Below are positions 36,423-47,824 of a stretch of DNA of 64,000 nt, one piece after another (positions within the stretch are counted from its first letter, which is position 1; each line of letters opens with the position of its first letter). Source of the DNA: Candidatus Pacebacteria bacterium UBA6180. GTDB taxonomy: Bacteria > Patescibacteriota > Microgenomatia > UBA1400 > PJMF01. The stretch lies in contig DITQ01000002.1 of NCBI GenBank assembly GCA_002422165.1, positions 13,174-77,173 on the forward strand, written 5' to 3'. The notes below the pieces were generated by a model. That model was not told the origin of the DNA, did no database searches, and saw nothing but the letters and a program-made list of their open reading frames with translations. The position numbers and the translations under genes are program-made.

Positions 36423-36908
36423 ATGGATATACAATTAGCCCAAATTATCTTTCAGATTATCAACTTTGGTGTGGTCTTGGGTGCCCTCACTTATTTCATT
36501 TATAAGCCAGTCCTTAAGTTGCTCAATGATCGCCGCGAGCGAGTGGCCGCCGCCGCCGCTGCTGCTGGCGAAGTGATGCAGGACAAAGAGGATCTAGAAC
36601 GCTTGCGCGAAAAGACTTTATTAAAAGCCAGTCAAAAAGCCAAGAAAATGGAAAACGATATTCGCAGCGAAGCACAAGCACAAGCCAAGCTCATGCTTGA
36701 ACAAAGCAAAAAAGAAATAGCTGCTCGCGAAGCCAAGTTTTCAGCTGAACTCAGCAAAATGAAAAAAGAAGAAATGCGTTCTATGGAAGCTGTGATGAAA
36801 AAAGCGGCTCTCACTATGGCAGAAAAAGTTATTGGTGAGTCACTGGACAACAAGAAACATCAGAAATTACTTGACGAACAAATTGACCAAGTAATCAAAA
36901 GTCTATAA
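36423..36908 (+). CDS. atpF: F-type ATP synthase Fo subunit b
   Basis: N-terminal TM helix then long charged helix (A/E/K-rich); position between c and delta. Confidence 0.7.
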   Translation: MDIQLAQIIFQIINFGVVLGALTYFIYKPVLKLLNDRRERVAAAAAAAGEVMQDKEDLERLREKTLLKASQKAKKMENDIRSEAQAQAKLMLEQSKKEIAAREAKFSAELSKMKKEEMRSMEAVMKKAALTMAEKVIGESLDNKKHQKLLDEQIDQVIKSL

Positions 36909-36913
36909 AAAAT

Positions 36914-37129
36914 ATGTTGCAAATTAATGTCGCTAGCGCTGTGGCTCTAAGCAGCGCACAAAAAAATAAGTTAGAGGCTGCTTTGCAGAAGAAATACAGT
37001 CAAGAACAAGTAGTTTTTAATTATCAAGTCAAAGAAGAATTGATTGCCGGATTGAGTGTCAGCGTGGCGGGCAAATTGCATGATGCAAGTTTGCGTGCTC
37101 GTCTCAATCAGTTGGCTAGTAAGATCTAA
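36914..37129 (+). CDS. atpH: F-type ATP synthase delta (OSCP) subunit, C-terminal domain only (71 aa)
   Basis: LSSAQKNKLEAALQKKYSQEQVVFNYQVKEELIAGLSVSVAGKLHDASLRARLNQLASKI matches the C-terminal about 60 residues of delta; no room for the about 110-aa N-domain (5-nt gap after atpF). Confidence 0.55.
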   Translation: MLQINVASAVALSSAQKNKLEAALQKKYSQEQVVFNYQVKEELIAGLSVSVAGKLHDASLRARLNQLASKI

Positions 37130-37134
37130 CTTTT

Positions 37135-38652
37135 ATGTCAAAATCAGATATTTTTGCTAATTTGAGTTCAATTAAAACTGCCGATCTTCAAGTCAAAGAA
37201 GTTTCTGTGGGCAAAGTGATTTCCTTCGCCGACGGAATTGTTTTTACTGATCAGTTGCGAGACGTACAATCAGGCGAACTTGTTAGTTTCGGTGGGGAAG
37301 CTTATGGTCTAGCCCTTAATCTCGAGAGAGAAAAAGTTGGCATCATCGTTTTATCTGGCGCAGAACAAATCAGAGCCGGGGACTTCGTTTATCGTACTGG
37401 CAAAATTTTATCGATCAACGTCTCAGACGAAATTGTCGGCCGAGTAGTTGACCCAATGGGTCAAGCAGTTGATGGTAAATCTGCAATCGCTGCCGACAAA
37501 GAAATGTTTTTGGAAAAAATTGCTCCTGGTGTAATTGCTCGTGAGGGTGTCAATCAACCAATGCAAACTGGTATCAAGGCAGTCGACGCTTTGATTCCTA
37601 TTGGTCGTGGTCAGCGTGAGTTGATTATCGGCGATCGCAATACCGGCAAGTCTTCTGTGGCTTTGGCCAGCATTCTCAACCAAAAGGGTCAGGACATGAT
37701 TTGTATTTACGTCGCTATTGGTCAGAAAAAATCGACTTTGGCTCAATTCATCCAAGTTTTGGAAGATAAGGGCGCGATGGAATACACTACTGTCGTTTCT
37801 GCTTCTGCTTCTGAAGCTGCTTCATTGCAATTCTTGGCTCCTTACTCTGGTCAAGCTGTGGCAGAATACTTTTTAGCCAAAGGCAAGGATGTCTTGATTG
37901 TTTTTGATGATTTGAGTAAACATGCTCAGGCTTACCGTGAAATTTCTCTGTTGCTCAAGCGCCCTTCTGGCCGTGAAGCTTATCCAGGTGACGTTTTCTA
38001 CCTGCACTCTCGTTTGCTAGAGAGAGCTTGTAAACTCAACGTCGAAAATGGTGGCGGTTCGATTACCGCTTTGCCAATTATCGAAACCCAAGCTAACGAC
38101 GTCTCCGCCTACATTCCGACCAACGTCATTTCTATCACTGATGGTCAAATTTATCTGGAAACTGATTTGTTTAACTCTGGTATGAGGCCAGCTATCAACA
38201 TTGGCTTGTCAGTTTCTCGTGTCGGTTCTGCCGCCCAGCTCAAAGCCATGAAGCAAGTTGCTGGTAGCTTGAAGCTTGATCTGGCGCAATTTAGAGAATT
38301 GGAGGCTTTTGCTCAATTCAGTTCTGATCTGGACGCGACCACCAAGAAGCAACTCGAGCGAGGTAAGCGCGTCAGTGAAATTCTTAAGCAAGCTTGGGAT
38401 TTGCAGATGTCAGTCGCAGAGCAAGTCTTGATGATTCACGCTGCGGTTGGTGGTCATCTCGATGAAGTTGAAATCACCGATCTAGGTGAATGGGAAGCTA
38501 GTTATTTGGCTTTTGCCAAGAGTAACAATCCCAAGCTAGTTGAACACTTGAACAGCGGACCCAAGATCGCGACATCGGAAGAAGAAGCTTTGCAAAAACT
38601 TATTAAAGATTTTGCCAAAGCCTACCCTCGTTTTTATAAGAAAGAGGCCTAA
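37135..38652 (+). CDS. atpA: F-type ATP synthase F1 alpha subunit
   Basis: Canonical alpha sequence incl. Walker A GDRNTGKS. Confidence 0.95.
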   Translation: MSKSDIFANLSSIKTADLQVKEVSVGKVISFADGIVFTDQLRDVQSGELVSFGGEAYGLALNLEREKVGIIVLSGAEQIRAGDFVYRTGKILSINVSDEIVGRVVDPMGQAVDGKSAIAADKEMFLEKIAPGVIAREGVNQPMQTGIKAVDALIPIGRGQRELIIGDRNTGKSSVALASILNQKGQDMICIYVAIGQKKSTLAQFIQVLEDKGAMEYTTVVSASASEAASLQFLAPYSGQAVAEYFLAKGKDVLIVFDDLSKHAQAYREISLLLKRPSGREAYPGDVFYLHSRLLERACKLNVENGGGSITALPIIETQANDVSAYIPTNVISITDGQIYLETDLFNSGMRPAINIGLSVSRVGSAAQLKAMKQVAGSLKLDLAQFRELEAFAQFSSDLDATTKKQLERGKRVSEILKQAWDLQMSVAEQVLMIHAAVGGHLDEVEITDLGEWEASYLAFAKSNNPKLVEHLNSGPKIATSEEEALQKLIKDFAKAYPRFYKKEA

Positions 38653-38657
38653 GTTTT

Positions 38658-39569
38658 ATGGCTAACGCTAGAATCATCAAACGCCGCGTCAATTCTGTGC
38701 AGAATATCGCCAAAATTACCAAGGCGATGCAAATGGTGTCGGCCAGCAAAACTCGCTACTCTCAGAGGATGGCCACCAGTTCTTTGCCTTACATTAAGTC
38801 TTTGCTCGAATCTCTAGAAACAGTTGCTGGCTCAGTTGATCAGGAGGCTCATCCTTTTCTCAATCGTGATCGTTCTGGAGCTGATTTGTTGATTATCATT
38901 TCTACCAACAAGGGTCTGTGTGGCTCGCTCAATACTAATTTGTTTAAAAAACTAATCTTGTGGGCCAAGAATCGCCCCAACGCCCAATACATTGCTGTGG
39001 GTCAAAAAGCCGTCAATTTCTTGCGTATGCACGACTTTGACTTGCTTGCTGGCTTTACTGATTGGCCAGAAAAAACCAAGCTAAGCGATATTTTGCCATT
39101 GATGGATATGGTTAAAGAACGTTATCTGGAAGGGAAAATTAACCGCGTCGACGTCTTGTTTACCGATTACATTAATAATCTTTCGCAGCGCAGTTTGATT
39201 TTTCGCCTGTTGCCAATCGAAGACTTGGAAATTCAGCAGCTCGGTAGCGAATTTCAAAATAAAATCATTAAAGTGCCAACCAAAGAGGCGACAAAAGAAC
39301 AAGTCAAAACTACCCCAGTTAATTATTTGCTTGAGCCAAGTCCAAAAGAATTGCTAGACTTTTTGCTCAACTACTATCTGGAATTGAGCTTCTATCACTT
39401 AGTTTTGGAAGCTCTAGCTAGCGAACATTCGGCGAGAATGATTGCTATGAAGAGTGCCAGCGACAACGCCAAGGATTTAGTCGAAGTTCTGAAACTTGAC
39501 TTTAATAAATCTCGCCAGACTATGATTACTAATGAACTCTTAGATATTAGCAGCGCCAAAATGCGTTAA
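38658..39569 (+). CDS. atpG: F-type ATP synthase F1 gamma subunit
   Basis: N-terminal IKRRVNSVQNIAKITKAMQMVSASK and C-terminal helix consistent with gamma. Confidence 0.85.
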   Translation: MANARIIKRRVNSVQNIAKITKAMQMVSASKTRYSQRMATSSLPYIKSLLESLETVAGSVDQEAHPFLNRDRSGADLLIIISTNKGLCGSLNTNLFKKLILWAKNRPNAQYIAVGQKAVNFLRMHDFDLLAGFTDWPEKTKLSDILPLMDMVKERYLEGKINRVDVLFTDYINNLSQRSLIFRLLPIEDLEIQQLGSEFQNKIIKVPTKEATKEQVKTTPVNYLLEPSPKELLDFLLNYYLELSFYHLVLEALASEHSARMIAMKSASDNAKDLVEVLKLDFNKSRQTMITNELLDISSAKMR

Positions 39570-39588
39570 GGAATCAATAAAGGAATAA

Positions 39589-40989
<1,401 letters not shown>

Positions 40990-41006
40990 AAGGCAAAAAT
41001 TAAGAA

Positions 41007-41417
41007 ATGAGCAACAAACTAAGGCTTACCATCGTTTCCCAAGAAGAGCAGTTACTTGATCAAGAAGTTGACTCTGTGACTTTGTCGACCAAAGACGGCA
41101 TCATTACTTTGTTGCGCGATCATCAACCTTTGATTAGTAAATTAGAATTTGGTGAATTAGATTACCAAGTTGGCAATCAACGCCACACAATGTTGTTGAC
41201 TCAGGGTTTTGTCAATAAAAAGCCAGACAACCAAGTTTTAGTTGTCGTTGATTCCGCGTTTAGCGCGCGCGAGCTCAATAATGAAAAAATCAAAGCGGCT
41301 GTCGCGCGCGCCAAAGAAGCCTACAAGATGTCGGCTGACAAGCAAGACCTGCTGATGATCGAAGCTTCGCTTAAACAACTTTTCTGGGAAGTACAGTTGG
41401 CCAACAAAAAGAAGTAG
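41007..41417 (+). CDS. atpC: F-type ATP synthase F1 epsilon subunit
   Basis: 136 aa, beta-sandwich + helical C-terminus, operon position after beta. Confidence 0.8.
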   Translation: MSNKLRLTIVSQEEQLLDQEVDSVTLSTKDGIITLLRDHQPLISKLEFGELDYQVGNQRHTMLLTQGFVNKKPDNQVLVVVDSAFSARELNNEKIKAAVARAKEAYKMSADKQDLLMIEASLKQLFWEVQLANKKK

Positions 41418-41441
41418 GGCTTCTCCTAAGTAATAAATTGC

Positions 41442-41476
41442 TTGACAACTTAGCAAACTCTCGATATGATTGCTAA
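41442..41476 (+). promoter_or_regulatory. hrcA promoter (TTGACA-17nt-TATGAT) overlapping a CIRCE-like operator (TTAGCAAAC-N9-GATTGCTAA at 41450-41476)
   Basis: TTGACA 41442-41447, TATGAT 41465-41470; inverted repeat TTAGCA-N15-TGCTAA, 15/18 match to CIRCE consensus. Confidence 0.6.
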
Positions 41477-41513
41477 TAGACTTGTGGCAAAATAAGTCTA
41501 GGAGTTAATCATT

Positions 41514-42230
41514 ATGATCGATTTAGTTGCCCGTCAAATCCAAATTTTACGCGCCATCATCGAAGAATTCATCGAGACTGGCATGCCGGTTGGTTCAGAA
41601 AAGATTGATAAGAAGTTCAACATCGGTGTTTCCCCAGCGACCATTCGTAATGAAATGGTTTATCTGACCAAACAAGGCTACTTGATAAAATCTCACATCA
41701 GTGCCGGCCGCGTGCCTACTGCCCTGGCGATGCGCCTCTACATCAACGAATTAGTCAAGGAAAAGGAGCTCTCTGTTGCCGATGAAGTGGGCGTCAAAGA
41801 AAAAATTTGGCGCTATCGCCACCAGATGGAGGACTTGCTTTACGAGACTTCACGAGTTTTGGCAGAAAAATCGCACGCACTTGGTATCGCCATGAACGCT
41901 GAGGGCAGGATGTTTCACTCTGGCTACGCCAATTTATTGCAGATGCCGGAATTTTACGACATCAATTTGACCAGACAGGTGCTGCAGATGATCGAGGAAG
42001 ACCGAATTATGGATCAGATTTTTGACAGCAATCGCAGCGAAAACACGGTCAAGGTTGTTTTTGGTCAAGAACTTGGCAATCGTGATCTGGATCAGATCAG
42101 TATCATGTTTGTCGAGTTGCCAAATAGTAATTGCCGCTTTGGCGTTTTGGGTTCGACGCGCTTTGATTATTCTTACGTTTTGCCAATAATGAAATATTTC
42201 AAAGGGTTGATTGAGAGCATGGAGGAATAA
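41514..42230 (+). CDS. hrcA: Heat-inducible transcription repressor HrcA (short form, 238 aa)
   Basis: IIEEFIETGMPVGSEKI...SPATIRNEMVYLTKQGYLIKSHISAGRVPT matches HrcA N-terminal wHTH; AGGAG RBS. Confidence 0.8.
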   Translation: MIDLVARQIQILRAIIEEFIETGMPVGSEKIDKKFNIGVSPATIRNEMVYLTKQGYLIKSHISAGRVPTALAMRLYINELVKEKELSVADEVGVKEKIWRYRHQMEDLLYETSRVLAEKSHALGIAMNAEGRMFHSGYANLLQMPEFYDINLTRQVLQMIEEDRIMDQIFDSNRSENTVKVVFGQELGNRDLDQISIMFVELPNSNCRFGVLGSTRFDYSYVLPIMKYFKGLIESMEE

Positions 42231-42249
42231 GTTTTTAATATTTAAACTT

Positions 42250-42390
42250 CAATACAGACACGCTCGACTAAAACTTATGCCTATTTTAGTTAGCCATCTT
42301 TGTCTCGTTCAAAGAAAGAGCTGTCTACAAACAAATTAAATTATTTAAGATTCTGCCCAGCTCTTTCTATGGTCTGTCTTAAAGTCTAAA
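42250..42390 (+). repeat. Intergenic conserved element, copy C (between hrcA and grpE)
   Basis: CAGACACGCTCGACTAAAAC, CTCGTTCAAAGAAAGAGCTG and TGGTCTGTCTTAAAGTC correspond to the 5', central and 3' motifs of copies A/B; 11-bp inverted repeat AGAAAGAGCTG/CAGCTCTTTCT. Confidence 0.5.
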
Positions 42391-42417
42391 TATTAAAAAT
42401 TAATAAAAAAATTAAGA

Positions 42418-42894
42418 ATGCATAAACCAAAAACCAACCAACAAGGTCAGACGCAGCAGCCAGCTGAATCCGTCAGTGATGAGCAGCGTCAAATCCAAGA
42501 ATTGCAGTTATTGCTCGCCAGTTCTCTGGAGAGGGAAAAGCGCGCACTTGCTGACTATCAGAACTTGCAGCGTCGCAGTCAAGAAGATCGCCACAACTTG
42601 ATCAAAATGGCCAACAAAGATCTTTGCCAGGCGCTTTTGCAGCCCTTAGAGCATTTGTCTCTAGCCGCGCTTAATTTGCACGACAAGGGACTCGACATGG
42701 TTTTGGAGCAATTTTGGAAGGAATTGAGTAACTTTGGTCTGCAAGAGATTTCTGTTTTGGGACAAGCTTTTGATCTAAACACCATGGAAGTGGTCGACAA
42801 AAAAGAGCGTGGTGAGAAGGTAATCGAGGTGGTGCGCAAAGGCTACTATTTGAATGATGAAGTCATCCAGCACGCCCAGGTAATTCTTGACTAG
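42418..42894 (+). CDS. grpE: Nucleotide exchange factor GrpE
   Basis: Coiled-coil N-half and C-terminal beta-domain with typical GrpE residues; position before dnaK. Confidence 0.85.
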   Translation: MHKPKTNQQGQTQQPAESVSDEQRQIQELQLLLASSLEREKRALADYQNLQRRSQEDRHNLIKMANKDLCQALLQPLEHLSLAALNLHDKGLDMVLEQFWKELSNFGLQEISVLGQAFDLNTMEVVDKKERGEKVIEVVRKGYYLNDEVIQHAQVILD

Positions 42895-43002
42895 ATTGAA
42901 TTATCAAGCTAAATTGACTCTAGCAGTCGCAAGCTTGGTCTGCTAAAATAACTCACATTAACTTACAAAAACGGCAACAAACAGTCACAGAAAGGACAAA
43001 TT

Positions 43003-44919
43003 ATGTCGAAAATTATCGGTATTGATCTAGGCACCACCAACTCCGCCATTGCGGTCATGCAGGGTGGCTCACCAGTAATTATTCCTACCAGCGAAGGTCG
43101 CAACACCTTCCCATCGATCGTTGGCTTCAAAAATGACGATGTCATCGTCGGTGATCCAGCCAAGCGTCAAATGGTGCTCAACGCCAAAAAGACCGTTAAT
43201 TCAGTCAAGCGTTTTATGGGGCGCAAGCTAAACGACAGCGCTGTCAAACCGGCCATCAAACATGTTTCCTATGAGGTCACTGAAGGTAAAGACGGTATGG
43301 CCGTGGTTAGTATTGACGGCAAGAAATTCACTCCGCAGGAGATTTCTGCCAAAATTCTTGCCAAAGCTAAGGCTGATGCTGAGGGTTTCCTTGGGGAAAA
43401 AGTCGATCGCGCAGTTATTACTGTTCCAGCCTATTTCAATGATGCCCAACGCCAAGCCACCAAGCAAGCTGGCGAGATCGCTGGTTTGAAGGTCGAGCGC
43501 ATCGTCAACGAACCCACCGCTGCCGCTCTAGCTTACGGTCTAGACAAAAAAGGTTCCAAAACTATTGCCGTCTACGATTTAGGTGGAGGCACTTTTGACA
43601 TTTCTATCCTTGAGATTGGCGACGGCGTCTTCGAGGTCAAATCGACCAATGGTGACACTTTTCTAGGTGGTGACGACTTTGATAGCGCCATCATCGAGTG
43701 GATTGTCGCAGAATTTAAGAAAGACCAAGGCAAAGACCTCAATAAAGATCCTCAAGCCATGCAGCGCGTCAAAGATGCTGCGGAAAAAGCCAAGATCGAG
43801 CTCTCTGCTTCCGCCAGCACTGAAATCAACCAGCCTTTTATCACTCAAGGTGAAGATGGCCAACCTCTGCATCTGACTTTGACTCTAACAAGAGCTAAGT
43901 TAGAAGAATTGGTTGATGATTTAATCAAAAAATCCATTGAACCAGTCAAAAAAGCTTTGGCCGACGCCAAATTGACCGCCAAAGATATTGATGAAGTGGT
44001 TTTGGTCGGCGGTATGACTCGTATGCCTAAAGTCCAGCAAGTCGTCAAAGAATTTTTTGGCAAAGATCCTCACAAGGGAGTCAACCCAGACGAAGTGGTC
44101 GCCATCGGTGCTGCAGTGCAGGCCGGAGTCATCTCTGGTGACGTTAACGACGTGGTTTTGCTTGATGTAACACCTTTGACTCTCGGTATCGAGACTTTGG
44201 GTGGCATTCGCACTCCATTGATCGATCGCAACACCACCATCCCAACCAGTAAATCGCAGGTTTTCTCGACGGCTGCTGACAATCAGACTCAAGTAGAGAT
44301 CAACGTTCTGCAAGGTGAGCGTGAAATGGCAGTCGACAATAAGAGTTTGGGACGCTTTATCCTCGATGGTATTCCCGCTGCGATGCGCGGTATGCCACAA
44401 ATCGAAGTCACTTTTGACATCGATAGCAACGGAATTTTGCACGTTACTGCCAAGGATAAAACTTCAGGTAAAGAGCAGAAGATCACCATTCAGAATTCCA
44501 CGAACCTCTCTGAAGAGGAAGTGGAGAAGATGAAAGCTGACGCCGAGAAATATGCTGAAGCAGACAAAGCCAAGAAAGCGTTGATCGAGGCCAAAAACAA
44601 AGCCACTAGTGTCGCTTTTGAGATGGAGAAACAGCTCAAAGAATATGGTGAACATCTCGAGACAGCGGATAAAAGCAAGATCGAGGAAGATGTCAAGAAG
44701 CTCCAAGAATTGGCTGCTAAGGAGGACGTTAGTCTAGAAGAACTCGAAAAAGCCATCGAAGCCACCATGACTTCCGCCCAAAAAATCGGCGAAGCCATGC
44801 AAAAAGCCCAGGCTAAGACTGCTGGCGCTGCAACTGATGGCGCCAAAGAGGGTCAAAAAGATGAAAAAGCCGAAGCTGACAAAAAAGAAGCTGAGGAAGG
44901 CGAGGTAGTCAAAGAGTAA
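43003..44919 (+). CDS. dnaK: Molecular chaperone DnaK (Hsp70)
   Basis: [28 protein letters not shown] and other Hsp70 signatures. Confidence 0.95.
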   Translation: MSKIIGIDLGTTNSAIAVMQGGSPVIIPTSEGRNTFPSIVGFKNDDVIVGDPAKRQMVLNAKKTVNSVKRFMGRKLNDSAVKPAIKHVSYEVTEGKDGMAVVSIDGKKFTPQEISAKILAKAKADAEGFLGEKVDRAVITVPAYFNDAQRQATKQAGEIAGLKVERIVNEPTAAALAYGLDKKGSKTIAVYDLGGGTFDISILEIGDGVFEVKSTNGDTFLGGDDFDSAIIEWIVAEFKKDQGKDLNKDPQAMQRVKDAAEKAKIELSASASTEINQPFITQGEDGQPLHLTLTLTRAKLEELVDDLIKKSIEPVKKALADAKLTAKDIDEVVLVGGMTRMPKVQQVVKEFFGKDPHKGVNPDEVVAIGAAVQAGVISGDVNDVVLLDVTPLTLGIETLGGIRTPLIDRNTTIPTSKSQVFSTAADNQTQVEINVLQGEREMAVDNKSLGRFILDGIPAAMRGMPQIEVTFDIDSNGILHVTAKDKTSGKEQKITIQNSTNLSEEEVEKMKADAEKYAEADKAKKALIEAKNKATSVAFEMEKQLKEYGEHLETADKSKIEEDVKKLQELAAKEDVSLEELEKAIEATMTSAQKIGEAMQKAQAKTAGAATDGAKEGQKDEKAEADKKEAEEGEVVKE

Positions 44920-44933
44920 AAATTAGTGGTTGA

Positions 44934-44967
44934 GGCAGCGCTCGAGCCTGATGGCCCGAGCGCTGCC
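44934..44967 (+). terminator. GC-rich hairpin (11-bp stem) between dnaK and dnaJ; possible attenuator/terminator
   Basis: GGCAGCGCTCG...CGAGCGCTGCC; only a weak U-tract (CATTATTT) follows. Confidence 0.35.
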
Positions 44968-44986
44968 CATTATTTAGTCAATTTAT

Positions 44987-45868
44987 ATGTCAGCCAAGCG
45001 TGATTATTATGAAGTTTTGGGAGTGAGCAAGTCTGCTAGTGCTGCGGAAATCAAAGCCGCTTATCGCAAGTTGGCGCTCAAGTTTCACCCCGATCGCAAC
45101 AAAGAATCCGGCAGCGAAGCGAAATTCAAAGAAATCAACGAAGCTTACCAAATCCTTTCCGACGCCAAAAAAAAACAAACCTACGATCAGTTTGGTCATG
45201 CTGCTTTTGACCCATCCTCTGGTATGGGAGGCGGCCAAGGGCCTTTTGGCGGTGGTTTCGGTGGTTTTGGGGCCGGTCAGGCTGGCGGCTTCAACTGGTC
45301 TTCTTATTCTAGTGCTGCTGGCGGAGAAAACATTGATTTTGGTGATCCTTTTGAAATTTTTGAACAATTTTTTGGTGGTGGTTTTGGCGGCGGTGGCTCA
45401 AGACGCCGCCGCCCACACTACTCGATGAAAGTTGATTTCATGGAAGCTATCGAGGGGGTTGAAAAAGAAGTTGAGATCGAGGGCAAAAGACAAAAAATCA
45501 AAGTGCCCGCTGGTGCCAACGATGGCACCCGCTTGCGCTTCACTGATTTCGATGTCTCGATTGATGTCGGCACTCACCCCAAATTCAAGCGCGATGGCTA
45601 TGATATTTTTATCGATCAATTAGTCGACTTTAGTACTGCTGCCCTGGGTGGCCAGATCGAAGTTGAGACTTTGACCGGCCAGATCAAGCTCAAAGTTCGC
45701 CCCGGTACTCCCTCGCATTCTCTAGTGCGTCTCCGCGGCGAAGGTGTCACTCACTTGCAGCGTCGTGGTAAAGGTGATCTCTATGTACGCTTAATCGTTA
45801 GCGTTCCTGAAAAATTGACGAGGGAGCAGAGGCAAGCCTTACAGAATTTGACTGAGACGGGGCTATAA
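44987..45868 (+). CDS. dnaJ: J-domain co-chaperone, DnaJ/CbpA-like (J domain + G/F-rich region + C-terminal substrate-binding domains; no CxxCxGxG zinc-finger repeats)
   Basis: [33 protein letters not shown] (HPD); Gly/Phe-rich linker; no Cys repeats. Confidence 0.75.
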   Translation: MSAKRDYYEVLGVSKSASAAEIKAAYRKLALKFHPDRNKESGSEAKFKEINEAYQILSDAKKKQTYDQFGHAAFDPSSGMGGGQGPFGGGFGGFGAGQAGGFNWSSYSSAAGGENIDFGDPFEIFEQFFGGGFGGGGSRRRRPHYSMKVDFMEAIEGVEKEVEIEGKRQKIKVPAGANDGTRLRFTDFDVSIDVGTHPKFKRDGYDIFIDQLVDFSTAALGGQIEVETLTGQIKLKVRPGTPSHSLVRLRGEGVTHLQRRGKGDLYVRLIVSVPEKLTREQRQALQNLTETGL

Positions 45869-45919
45869 TCGCCACTAATTCTTGCCAAAAATGGTACTTT
45901 ATGCCATAATTCATACATT

Positions 45920-46174
45920 ATGCATACAATAAACGTATCTTTACCTTCCAAACTGAAATCTCAAGCTGACGATATGGTCAAGGCTGGCTATTACGCTTCA
46001 TTCAGCGATCTGGTTAGAACTGCCCTTCGTCAGACCTTATCAGAAATCAACCTCGAAGCTCTGGCTGGTCAAGCCGTCAGAGAACATCAGTCTGGTCAGG
46101 CTTTGATTTTACATGATAGTCAAGATGTCGACACCTACTTGGATGAAGTTTTTGATAAGGATAAAAATAAATGA
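45920..46174 (+). CDS. Type II antitoxin, ParD-like ribbon-helix-helix protein
   Basis: INVSLPSKLKSQADDMVKAGYYASFSDLVRTALRQ resembles ParD (..V.SG.Y.SASEVIR.ALR..). Stop overlaps toxin start (ATGA). Confidence 0.6.
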   Translation: MHTINVSLPSKLKSQADDMVKAGYYASFSDLVRTALRQTLSEINLEALAGQAVREHQSGQALILHDSQDVDTYLDEVFDKDKNK

Positions 46175-46428
46175 AGTTGGTTGTTTCTGCACATTTCCAT
46201 AAATCCTTAATCAAGCTATCTGTCAAAAATTCCAAATTAAAAAAACAAATTTCTAAAACCTTAAAATTACTGACGACTTCTCCGCACCATCCCTCTTTGC
46301 GTCTTCATAAATTATCAAGCAAAAATGATTACTCTGTCTCGGTCAATATGAGTATCAGAATAATTTTGCGTTTCGTCGGAGAAGATATCTATTTACTTGA
46401 AATTGGTTCTCATGACGAAGTCTACTGA
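46171..46428 (+). CDS. Type II toxin, ParE/RelE-family
   Basis: 85 aa, basic; C-terminal IRIILRFVGEDIYLLEIGSHDEVY matches the RelE/ParE C-terminal signature; about 35% GC. Confidence 0.6.
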   Translation: MKLVVSAHFHKSLIKLSVKNSKLKKQISKTLKLLTTSPHHPSLRLHKLSSKNDYSVSVNMSIRIILRFVGEDIYLLEIGSHDEVY

Positions 46429-46486
46429 AGGTGCATATTTACATTTTTTCTGCTATAATAACCCTTAGCTTGTTTAGTTAGGGAGA

Positions 46487-46516
46487 AGGACTGTTGAGAG
46501 ACAAGTCCTTTTTTTC
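46487..46516 (+). terminator. Rho-independent terminator after the toxin-antitoxin pair
   Basis: AGGACT-loop-AGTCCT followed by TTTTTTT. Confidence 0.45.
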
Positions 46517-46558
46517 TTAGCAAAAGCGTTTTTTAATAAAATTAGAGAAAGAAATCTT

Positions 46559-47806
46559 ATGGCTACCGTGCAAAATGCCAACCTAGTTAGAACTGAATTC
46601 GCTGCTGCGATCACCCAGATTGCAACCGAGCGCAAAATCGATCCAGCCGACATTTACGAAGCGATCCGCCAGGCTTTGGTCTCGGCTTACCGCAAGCAAA
46701 TGGGCGACCTCGATGAGGCTTTCCACTACTACGTCAAACTCGACGAGAGTAATGGTTCGGCCCGAATTCTCAAGGCGCCTGTCACCAAGATGGACGAGGA
46801 AACCCTCGAACCGCTCGAGTGGGATGAGAAAAAAGAAGAGGATGTCACTCCCGCTGGTTTTGGTCGCATCGCCGCCCAAACTGCCAAGCAGGTTATCCTG
46901 CAACGCATCCGTCGCTCCGAGCGCGACACCATTATCGCTGCTTACCGCGACCGCATTGGAGAAGTCGTCACGGGTCAAGTGCTGCGCATGCAAGGCCGCG
47001 CCGTCATCATCGACATTGGTCGTGGTCAAGCTTTCATGCCCCCAGAAGAGCAGATGCGCGGGGAATTTTACCGCCTCAACCAACGTTTAGCTGTTTTGAT
47101 CAAGGAAATTAGCGAAACAGTTCGCGGTGAGCAAATTATCGTGACCAGAGCCGCCGCTGAGTTAGTCAGCAAGCTTTTCGAACGTGAAGTGCCTGAGGTT
47201 TCCTCTGGAGCAGTCGAAATTGTCGCTATCGCCCGCGAAGCTGGCGTGCGCACCAAATTGACCGTTAAATCCACCCAAGAAGGTGTGGATCCAGTCGGCT
47301 CTTGTGTCGGTCAGCGCGGTGTCCGCGTCCAGAAAGTCATCGAAGAATTAAACAACGAAAAAGTCGACATCATTCCTTACTCGGCTGATGATCGTTTGCT
47401 GCTCCAGGGAGCTCTAGCTCCGGCTGAGGGCTTGCAAATCGAAGTAGACCAAACTAGGCGTCAAGTGGTCGTCACCGCTCCCGACGACCAGCTTTCGCTG
47501 GCCATCGGTCGCGGCGGTCAAAATGTCCGCCTCGCTGCCAAACTGACTGGTTACCAAATCACTGTCAAGTCCGCTTCGGGTCAGGTGCAATCATCCGTGA
47601 CGGGTAAGGAAGATTACGAAATCGATACCTTCGGTTTGACTGATGACACTCGAGAAGTTTTGATCCAGCACAAGTTGACCACCTTGGCTGACCTGGTGCG
47701 TTTCCGCGATAAATGGGTTAATATGAATGAAGTCGTCGAGGCTGACCAGAAGATTTTGTTAGCCAAAGTGGCCGAATATCTCGAGGCCGAAAGTGCTCGC
47801 GAATAA
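46559..47806 (+). CDS. nusA: Transcription termination/antitermination factor NusA
   Basis: N-terminal RNAP-binding domain, S1 and two KH domains; 415 aa. Confidence 0.9.
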   Translation: MATVQNANLVRTEFAAAITQIATERKIDPADIYEAIRQALVSAYRKQMGDLDEAFHYYVKLDESNGSARILKAPVTKMDEETLEPLEWDEKKEEDVTPAGFGRIAAQTAKQVILQRIRRSERDTIIAAYRDRIGEVVTGQVLRMQGRAVIIDIGRGQAFMPPEEQMRGEFYRLNQRLAVLIKEISETVRGEQIIVTRAAAELVSKLFEREVPEVSSGAVEIVAIAREAGVRTKLTVKSTQEGVDPVGSCVGQRGVRVQKVIEELNNEKVDIIPYSADDRLLLQGALAPAEGLQIEVDQTRRQVVVTAPDDQLSLAIGRGGQNVRLAAKLTGYQITVKSASGQVQSSVTGKEDYEIDTFGLTDDTREVLIQHKLTTLADLVRFRDKWVNMNEVVEADQKILLAKVAEYLEAESARE

Positions 47807-47824
47807 CGGATAAGAACATAAAAA

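Noticed and set aside
43663-44846. Multiple antisense and alternate-frame ORFs within dnaK
   Set aside because: dnaK is unambiguous. The overlapping ORFs lack starts with RBS and have low-complexity translations.
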